NCBI GenBank assembly: GCA_008632985.1
Contig: QPGO01000001.1
Location: 364,600 to 428,599 of the forward strand
From: Psammoneis japonica
Taxonomy: Eukaryota
DNA: 64,000 nucleotides
Direction of reading: 5' to 3'
The notes below the pieces were generated by a model. It was given only the letters and a program-made list of their open reading frames with translations, searched no databases and was not told the DNA's origin. Positions 54,905 to 64,000 of the stretch are shown here, piece after piece (within the stretch, counting starts at the first letter, position 1; each line of letters starts with the position of its first letter). Made by a program: the position numbers and the translations under genes.

Positions 54905-57357
54905 ATGATGTCGCCGCCGCCGCCGCCGCCGCCGCCATCGCCATCGCCATCGCCGTCGCCACCGACGCCGCTACTAGGCGCGGACTCGTCGACTGATGAC
55001 GAGGGAGAGAAGAAACAGATCGCCCGCATTCTCGACGATCAAGCATCATTGGATAATACAGTTACTCGTACGAAGCGCAGCCGTGATCTCGTGGAGTTTG
55101 CACAGAACCTGGATATGCGCAATCTACAATCCATGGTTTGCCCCAACAAATACTGTTGCCAAGACCCAAAGTGCACGGAAAGAATTTGTGGTCTTTTCCG
55201 AGAGATTGAGCAAACGAGTAGTGAAATTGAGCAAACGAGTAGTGAAATTGAGACCTCTCGCCATGAAGTCATAATTGCGCAGCGAGAACTTGATGCCTGT
55301 GGAGCACGTGTGGAACAGGAAAAGCAACACTCCACACGGGAAAAAACGACTTTGCTCGAACAGTTATTGCAAGGGAAAAAAGAATCATTGCGACGGACAA
55401 AAGAATTATTGCGATGGAAAAAAGAATCATTGCGACGGATAAAAGAATTATTGATTGAAAAGGGGAAGGTTATTGCGGGTAAGCACGAAAATGTAAGGAG
55501 TACTTTATCCTGCATGGGCCGCGGTGGTAACGAAAGCAGGTTCACTTTCAATGGCACCAGGACAGAAGAAGGAGAAAAACTGATATCGAATCAGCAGCTC
55601 GATTCAAGAATCGGCAGTCAACAAGACTCTCCAGATACCGTTTCTACTGTCCTGGGTAATGCCGCATCTTTAATTCCTTTGGAAACCCTTAGCGAAGATC
55701 TGAGAGAGTTTCTCCGCTTCCTGCAAGGTCTCTTTCAGCGTTGCGAGGATTCGGACGCTCATTACACCACAGGAAAAGAGCAATATGTGAAGGATATTGC
55801 AATTACTGTCAAGGCAATTCTAGATTGGAAAAAAGGTTTCAAGCTGGAGGAGTCTGTCACTTACTACAAGCCGCACTGGCAAGGTCATGAAACAAGAGGA
55901 GCTCACCCGATCCTCTTTGCCATCATGTTCAAGATCACGAACATGCTGGAGGTGAATCAGAATGCGCTTCACGAGCAGCATATACCCAAGCTTGATAGTC
56001 ATGCTCCAGGACGCTTCGTGGATGCAGTGATCCACCCTGTTTCGGAGATGATCTTGAGGACGATTCCCGGTCTGTTCGGCAAGCCTGTGGAAATCAAGCC
56101 TTGTGCTCGCGCAAACTCGGGCTTGAAGAAGATGCAGGAACAAGGTGAAAACCAAGTGATTGGCATCTTACGAAAATCTTGAAGGATAGGTACTTTGACT
56201 TCGGTGCAGGTCTAGGTAGAGATGGCAAGGTTCGTGGTGTCACTATGACCATGGTGTCTGTAGATGCTATGGAACTCAGCCTTTCAGGCGTTGGTACAGA
56301 AGGCGTTGTGGTTAAATGTGCCAAATCGGGCCACTTGCCATTGTTTGACGAGAGCACGACTAAAGCATTACTAAATGGCATGCCAAATCTGGACGAGGTA
56401 GTGAATGACCTTTTTCATGGATGTAAAGCCCACGATGGCTTTCGGATACTGGTGGATGAGATCAAGACACCGGATAACCATACATACAATGACGTCAAAG
56501 CTACAGTCACGAACGAGAAGCTAGAACTTGGAAAATATCTGGGTTCCGGGGCATTCTCCTCTGTTTACAGCGTGCGTGGATGCAGAGAGGACAAAGAAAT
56601 GTTTATCAAGTTCCCAAAGACCAATCGTGCCGTCGGGGCATTGGAGAAAGAGCTCAAGATGATCAGCAGGCTCAATCATCAAGGAATACCTAAAGCTGAG
56701 AAGCTCGTTAACATGACTCTTGAAGCACGTTGTGAAAAGAAGGATGTCAAGGTCTTGATACTCAAGGGTATAATTGGGATGACAGCCTTGGCAGCCTTGA
56801 ACGTCAATAAGTCTCTGATAAGTGCGATTGTATCACAAGTCCTGGATGTGGTGCAATATGCTCAACGGGAAGGCATCGCGCATATGGATTTGAGACCTTC
56901 AAATATCATTGTGGCAGGGCTTGAAGGCCGTGTGATTGTTCAGGTGATCGATTGGGGATGCTCCGTCGACATTGGGACAGAGTTGAAGAATTTTCGTGGC
57001 TGTCCGCCCTTTGCTCACGATGAACTTCTGAAGAAGGAAACCTACCACGCTCGGAGCAAGAGTTTCAAGAAGGCTTTGCAGGTTGGTGCTCAGCACGACA
57101 ATGCATCGTTAGCGTTCACGGTTGCAGCTCTCGTGGCAGAGGCTTCAGTACCTTGGTCGGGATTTAGCGAGATTGCAGTTGACCAAAGCGTGCTTGACGC
57201 GAGGCGAACCAAGGCTATTCAGTTGCTACAGAGTGAATCTTTCCTTCAGGAAGAGGCTCGAAGCAAACTAGTTGGCTTTCTCGGAGTGAAGCAAGAGGCC
57301 AAGGACGGAGTACAGGTCAACAAAGGAACAAAGCGAAAGATCGAGACTTCAGCGTGA
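54905..57357 (+). CDS. Coiled-coil / REase-like / protein kinase fusion (frameshift near 56164)
   Basis: Kinase motifs LGSGAFSSVY, FIK, HMDLRPSNII, IDWG. Upstream FVD..VEIKP..NQ. One added base gives QVIGHLTKILKDRYF and joins the two ORFs. Confidence 0.75.
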
Positions 57358-58189
57358 TACGGTATAGTGAGAGTCCAAACAATTCTCCAAAGCGTCATAT
57401 GTTCTAGTGAGCTGCCCAGTCTTCTTTTCCGTTGGGACCAAACTTTTGCACAGTGGTAGACCTGTACCTATGATGTACCATGCATTTTAGTAAAGATGTA
57501 TCAAATCATAGAATACTGTAGTTTATTCCTCTCACTCTGACGAAAATCATTACATTAAGTCCGCGCATGCAGGCTAAAAAAGACGGTCTGCTCTCCTGTC
57601 CTACAGTAAAACTTTTTTCGAATGAAAATAAAACTTGAAAAGATTACCCTACAGTCGGGTAAACAAGTGTAATAAGAGTGAAAAATACATTGTAACAGCG
57701 CACTACAGGTTAGGAAGTGAGCATCTCGGAACTCCCTCCGAGACGCCTCATGTAACGTTCCATCGCTAATCCCACAGTTCATCAACCTAACAACAGGCAA
57801 ATGAGAGGGCAACGAGGACACACTTTGATTGCTCATTTATGATGCAGGTGCACACTTAAGGTCCCACACACAATGAATCACTTGCCTGTTGCTGATGCTG
57901 CAAATGGAGTTGAGCCAGCTCCTCAGGTCAACCTGCCTCATGGTCTTGAGTGGGGGGCAATCAGAACATGACCTGAGGTCAGAAGCCATTGGTGGAATGG
58001 TGCTCCAGGTTTGGACACTTGAACATGGGTCATCATGTCCAAGGCCTCCTTTGTGTCAAGCCATTTCTCTGACCAAAGCTCAAGCATGTGGCAAAATGCA
58101 ACCACCCAAGGTGCAAAGCATGCAAGTGTGCCAAAGGATGTTGATGTTCTGTCCTTTGCACTGCCAAACACAACATGGTCCCAGAGCAT

Positions 58190-58430
58190 GGTGGAGATCT
58201 GAAAGCTGATCACTTGCATCTTGGTCGGGCCATGAGCATGGACCACATCAAGTCCATCCCATCTCCCAGGTTGCACCTGCAACTCATGTTGCAAGGCCTC
58301 ATCCAAACAATTCAAGGGAAGCTGTGTCTTTGTTGATCATGCTTCTGGAAATGTCCACGTTGAACAACAACTTGGTTTTTCTGCTGTGAAGATGGTGCAA
58401 GCAAAGCAAGTGTTTGAAAAGCATGCAATG
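58190..58430 (+). mobile_element. Copia (CoDi-like) integrase fragment
   Basis: KQFKGSCVFVDHASGNVHVEQQLGFSAVKMVQAKQVFEKHA resembles the Copia integrase core. Confidence 0.7.
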
Positions 58431-58479
58431 CCCTTCTTTTGAACGTGTGTTCTCATGAGAAGGCGGCAAAATGTCCTTG

Positions 58480-58736
58480 TGTCTTGTGCCAGTCTCACCA
58501 GTTGATGATGCACATGCACTCACATTCATGGATGAGGTCATTGTTTTTGTTCCAACCATTCTTGACAGCTTGATCTTTGAGGGTCTGGAGGAGCTCAAAA
58601 ACAGTTTCTCCTGTGTGCATGAGAATCCATTTTCCAAGATTGTCTCCACTGCTTTGTTGCAAATGGACCGGTGTGCCTTTTGCACAAAGTTAAGAGTGCT
58701 TTTGATGACCTGAGCAGGTGTCAGAGAAAATGCCAT
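58480..58736 (-). mobile_element. Copia (CoDi-like) gag N-terminal fragment
   Basis: FSLTPAQVIKSTLNFVQKAHRSICNKA resembles the start of diatom Copia gag (from recollection). Confidence 0.45.
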
Positions 58737-60224
58737 GATGGCTGGTCATCTTTTCTGTCTCACTTGACATCGTTGATTTTGCAGCAATGACCACAATGAA
58801 TCATTGCAGCAAGGCCTTGAATGTGTCAGAGAAGAGGTTTGGCCTTAGCAGCAAGGGTGGAACAGAAGAAGAAGAAGAAGAAGTGCAAGAGGACTTGGAA
58901 CAAGTCCAACATGAACAAGCACATGATCGAATGTTGCTTTTGCCGCCACCAATGCTTCTCATGCAGATGAAGAGAATCACGAAGATGCTGATGAAATCAA
59001 CAAGGGATGGTCTGTCGTGGTTGTGTGCTGGCAAGCAGCGACAACACTGGCGTTGGCATTGTGTCTGACATGGGGACAGCACAATTGGATCCCATGCCTC
59101 CTCCACCACCTGCGCAGGACCATGTCACACTTCTTGCAGATGCCCATGCAGCCGAAAGGAATGACAGCATGGACGATGTGTGAGAACAAATGGCTGCACT
59201 CGAGCAAGAGAGCATGCATCTTCGAAATGAAGTTCCCCTGGCACAATCTGAGCTTGCTCAAGCAAGTGCAAGAAATGAGGGCTGCCGTTGCAAATGCCTT
59301 TTTGTTCTTGGGGTTGCAGCAGGGAGTCACCTCAACATTTGAACAATGCGTTGACGGCCCGTAAATGGATTGTTAAATGCATTGCATGATGCACAATTTA
59401 AATTTATGCCCAAATTTAAATTTGTGAGTTTTTGCACAAATTTGATTTCACGCACAATTCCACATGAACATGCCAGTGTAGAATCACACAAAATTTGCAT
59501 GGTGCACAAAGCTCAATGAATCTTGAAATCAACATTCCCTCAAATGGCATTGAGTTCCTTGTTGACAAAGGAATCTTGGCTCATGCACAAATTTGAGTGC
59601 TTCGAGAAACAAGAATCATGTGATTGGGAGAAGCAAATTTACGCACAAATTTGGATGCACAAATTTGCTGAAATTTGTGTGCAAATTTGGAAATTCAGGA
59701 AACGCCAATGTGTTGAAAATCACAAATGATTTCAACGGATTTCCGTTGAAAGTTAAAACATTGAAAGTTAATCTGTTGAAAGTCATGACTTTCAAAGGAT
59801 TTCTGTTGAAAGTTAAAAATGTCAAAGCTGGTGCAACCTGGAAATCTGTTGAAAGATGTGGAAACACTGACGTCATCCACACGTCCCAAAGCGGCAAATG
59901 CTGACTGCTTCAGACACCCACCACAATCAGGTGTCAAAGAGGGCAACAGTTTCAGCAAATTTTTTGTTTTTTAGCTTTGAGTCACGAGTGCAAAAAAAGT
60001 GCTCAGCACCGCTCATTTTTCATCAATGACATCGACGAACATGTTGTTGTTTGTTTTTTACACTGCAGCACCCACCTCCTCCACCTCCTCAACACCATCC
60101 AAATCGTCTTCACTCTCATCATTGTGTGTGTCAGTGTCCATGACAGCACAATTTACAGCAAGTGGCACAGACGAATCATCTGCATTTTCCAGAATTGATG
60201 TGCTCAACAAGATGTTGTGCAACC

Positions 60225-62600
60225 TCATTTTTGCAGCAAGTGTCTTCCACTTGTCCGGGTCCTGTGGCTTTGGATTGAGAAAGCTGGCTCCTTGATGAAG
60301 TTTCTGGGTGTCCTTGACTCGGGTTCCTTGAGGTGCGTTTTCACGGTCGGTGAACACAATGTTCCTGAATTCATTTCGCAACTGCTCAAACTGTTCCTTC
60401 TTTTCAGTTGCACAACCAAAAAATGTCTGGATGCCATGAATGTTTTCTTTCCAAGGACATCAGGATGCTTGGATGCTTCAAGGGTGTTCCAGTTGGTCGT
60501 GGGTTTGTAGTTCCCCATCTCTTGATGCATTGCCTTGAAGCAATCAAATGCTGTGGGCAATCTCACTCCGTGAAGCTGTCCATGCATCACATGCAATGCT
60601 TCACTGCCTTCCCTGCTGCATCCCAAATGCCTTTGAAATGAAATTTCTGGGCAAACTGGTGAGTTGCTGCAGCCACGTCTACTGTGCTTGCGAATCTTGC
60701 AATTCTCAAAAAGTTTTGGTTGCACTTGCATTGGTCCATGCCACTGTTCTCATCAAATTGACTCCGTTGTGTTTGAATTGATGCTTGCAGCATTGGACGA
60801 TCTAAAGAAGGCATGCATTGTGGAAGCCTGGGTGGTTTCTCCAAAAAAGTGCCAGACATCGCATTCGTAGATTCGCCACTTCTTGTTGACTCCATCATGC
60901 TTGACTGTGATTGTCCTTGGAGAATGTAAAACAACAAACATGCACAGGATGGCTTGGGCATCCACAGAGCAATTGTCGGTCACACAGGCTCAAAGATTGC
61001 ACATCGCAGAGAAGTCAGTGAAGATCAGCAACTCTTCGCGGGTGAAGGCATGTGTGTCAATGCGTCACATGAGATTGATCAATTCTGTCTCACAATGGTG
61101 TTTCCTGCATTTCTCCAGCTGCATCAGCAGTCGCTCTACGACCGTTTTCACTGGGAGCTCTACATCCATCAGTTCTGTCTGTGTGTTCTGCTCCCCTTTT
61201 GCATTGGTCCCAGCTCTCGGTGCCAGCAGCCATTCCTTTACAGGGACTTTAACGTCGCATTTGGTGAGTGCTTTACATTTTTGCAGCTTCATCTTTTTTG
61301 ACTCCACAACTCCGACAGTTCCCATGTGTGCATTTCCAAGGGATTTGTTTTGGTGGACAGCCTCCAACCTTGGTGCAGAGCATTGGTTCCTCCTTTGACG
61401 GGCAGCATGATGCTTTGACGAGTTGTCTGTAGTTTGTTTTTAGCAATGAAGATGTCATCAGCACCAGACCCATCATCTTCATCTGCTCTCATTTGAACGT
61501 GTAAGTCGCAAGTGCAATTTTCCATTCTCTTTTCAACATGTTTGCTGATCAACGATTTGTTCAATGATTTCATGCTCTCCTCCAGTCCAATCTTTATCAA
61601 ATCAATGCAAGAATGTTCAGACGGGTCCTGCACACAAGGGCAAGCACAGCCACGGAATCGCTCTTTGCCTGTTGAGCTGTCATGGGTGTCTTGAAACGTC
61701 TGATGCACCTCCAATTTTTGGAATGCATCAAATCGGCTCTCAAGAGTCGCGTCATTCCATGCTTGAGCTGGGTGAGTGATGACTTTTCTCGTTGTTGGAT
61801 CCCCCAGTTTGTGAACCCTGCCAGCACTCTGCATGAACATGAGATCCTTCTTCTGAATGGCAAAATTCAATTGTGCAAAGATGAGCTTAATCACAAACAC
61901 AGTCACTCGTTTCTTCCTTGGTCGAATTTTGAAAACATCCTCACTCTCATCTTTCAAGCTGTGGCAAGCAGCAGTCATGACTGCATCAACCGCATTGCGC
62001 ACTTCAGTGGGAACTGCATTTGGCTCTTGTGCTTCTCTACAAAGTCATGCACATCGTCCACAATTTCTTTGTCCATCATGTCTGCATCCTGGGTGGCAGT
62101 CACACAAGCCAATTTACTTGCACACTCCATGCGAGATTTAAGCAAGCCCAGCAGTTAACTCGCCAAGGCTTTGTTCTTGTTTGCCAGCACTGTCAGCAGC
62201 TGTTCCAGCTCATTCACGGGCTTTCTCAAAGTGTTGCCGGCAATGCTGTCTGCTCTGGCGACTTGCTCATCACTCAACTTTTCCCATTCAACACGCTTCT
62301 TCCGTTGACTGTCACGAGAGTGCTGAAATTTGTAAAGGCATTTCTTCTTAATGCCTTGCGACATGGGTGAGAGCAGATCCTCATCTCCATCACCACTGGA
62401 AGCATTTCTCTTTAGCAGGATGTGCAGATGGATTGGTTTGTTGCTCTTTTCCTCCTTTGCCCTTCTTTTTCTTCTCCCTTTCTTTCCTTTTTTTCATTGC
62501 TTTGTCGAGTGCATTCTTGAGCTTTTTCTTGTCCTTCTCACTCACACTGCAATGGACTGCAGGAGAGACTGCTTCACTGAGTCGAAAAATCTGAGAAGAA
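60225..62600 (-). mobile_element. Decayed Sola2-like DDD transposase
   Basis: Cys cluster, then IFTDFSAM..., GMDQCKCNQNF..., HQFAQKFHFKGIWDAAGKAVK (compare DF...D..QYK...HGKG..D..G..VK). Stops and frameshifts present. Confidence 0.5.
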
Positions 62601-62749
62601 TTGACTTCTTCATTGCTTTTTCGGTCGAAAGAGCATGACAACAACATTGGCGCACGAGTGTTTTGATGGTGTTTTTGCTCGGGTTCATCCTCTTGCTCTT
62701 CCTTGTCTTGATTGAAGACCAGTTCCACATCTTCTTCTTCTTCATCATC

Positions 62750-64000
62750 AGCATGTTCATGCCGAGACAGTCGTCTAGAGTGCCTTGAGCATCAATGTCA
62801 AAATTCGCGTCTCCAATGTCTTGCATTGCTTTGTCAACAGCAGACTTGTCAAGGGATGCAAAGATGCCATCGTCCACATGATGAACATAAAATGATGTTG
62901 TCGCGAAAATGCAGACACTCATCAACCGCTGAATGAATGAAGCCAATTTGCAACAATCCATCACGCAAGTGCTCCTGCCATGCTCTCCCTGCCTGCTTCT
63001 GACCACATGAATTCTTTGGCAATTTCAGAACATGAGTCTTGCCATTGCCACATTTTGTTTCAATTCCAGCAGGTGACTCCACATGCACATCACATTCGAC
63101 ATCAGCGTGCGGGTGTGCCAGAACGAAGTGAACCTGTCGGGTGTGCCATTTGTTGAGCATGGACATGATCAGCAGAAGCCGGACAGCAAACCAGAAGACA
63201 ACCGAGGAGCAAGTCTGAAAGCAGTTGACCGCATGCTCTTGTTTTCCACCGTGCACGTTGAGTCTGGACTTCCACTCATGGACCATTTGTGTTTTGACAT
63301 CTCTTTTCCTTTTCACAGACCACACAGAAGGGAGAATGTCAGCATCAGCAGGTGCATCCTCTCTTGGAATAAGTGCCCAATGTCTCTTTTCAATGTGGTC
63401 ATTTGCTTCCTTGACACAAGCTTTGATGAACTCGTCTCAGTCCGGTTCACGCATGACCTGGTCAAAATGCCATTGCATCGGGGTCCGAGCTTGCAAAAAA
63501 AGAGACAGGTGAGTCCATGTGTCCTGCAACTTGTAATCATCTTCATGCATGGCGTCACAACAAGCCTCTGCCTCAGCATCATAGGATGCAACACCTTGAG
63601 CCCGTTGTGGTTGGCTCTCGCGCATCGTCCTTTTGGTCGGGCGTCATTGTCGTCGGACCTGCTGGTGCTGGGCTGACCCATGGCATGCTGTGGCTCAGGT
63701 GCAGCATCGGGATCATTGGAGGCGTGTGCAGGACCTCATCATCCGGCTGAGCATTGTCAAATGAGTCATCAGCAGTCAATGTGTCACCAGGATGCAGCAG
63801 CTGAGGCGGAATTTCAGGACCCGGTTCAGTTGGTTCCGTTGCGGCAGGAGCAGGGTCCCTCACATCATCTGACCTCAAAAAGATGTTGAGTGTCCTTCCT
63901 GACTTCAGTTGTTTGAAACCCGTTGTGCCTTGCCATTGTGAGAATGTTGAAGGATTTCCAGCAGATGGATGAACGGTCTCAAAGAAGTTGTCAAATTGTG
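62750..64000 (-). mobile_element. Copia reverse transcriptase remnant
   Basis: WSVKRKR..WKSRLNVHGGKQ..QVHFVLAHP..KNSCGQKQAGRAW..HVDDGIF..DCLG. Confidence 0.9.

Noticed and set aside
57724..57743. Hairpin TCTCGGA-ACTCCC-TCCGAGA as a Helitron 3' end or Copia polypurine tract
   Set aside because: No convincing CTRR/T junction or adjoining LTR.

Overview
Eukaryotic nuclear DNA, most likely from a diatom (75-105 bp GT-AG introns, signal peptide + ASAFAP-type plastid leaders, CoDi-like Copia remnants). The window alternates between ordinary gene islands and transposon-derived blocks. The gene islands hold a GT31/sulfotransferase-like fusion, an 8-exon LRR gene, two RelA/SpoT paralogues, a sugar porter, an EamA transporter, a Rab5-family GTPase, a phosphofructokinase and an REase-like/kinase fusion. 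The most striking signal is that the transposon-derived blocks (~4.7-13.5, 16.6-21.3, 23.2-25.5, 27.9-33.1, 35.0-40.1, 46.2-54.8 and 57.9-64.0 kb) have lost almost all TpA dinucleotides, which were apparently converted to TpG/CpA. Conserved Tyr codons read as Cys/His, TA target-site duplications read TG or CA on one side, and GTA splice donors read GCA. This resembles a repeat-directed A:T->G:C hypermutation with the opposite polarity to fungal RIP. At 43.5-54.8 kb a nested stack of DNA transposons can be reconstructed, including a Tc1/IS630 element with a WW-domain cargo gene and a hAT-like element carrying a ~185 bp tandem array. Most real genes contain single-base frameshifts, which suggests an unpolished long-read assembly, so raw-read checks matter. 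All composition statements are by eye, not computed.
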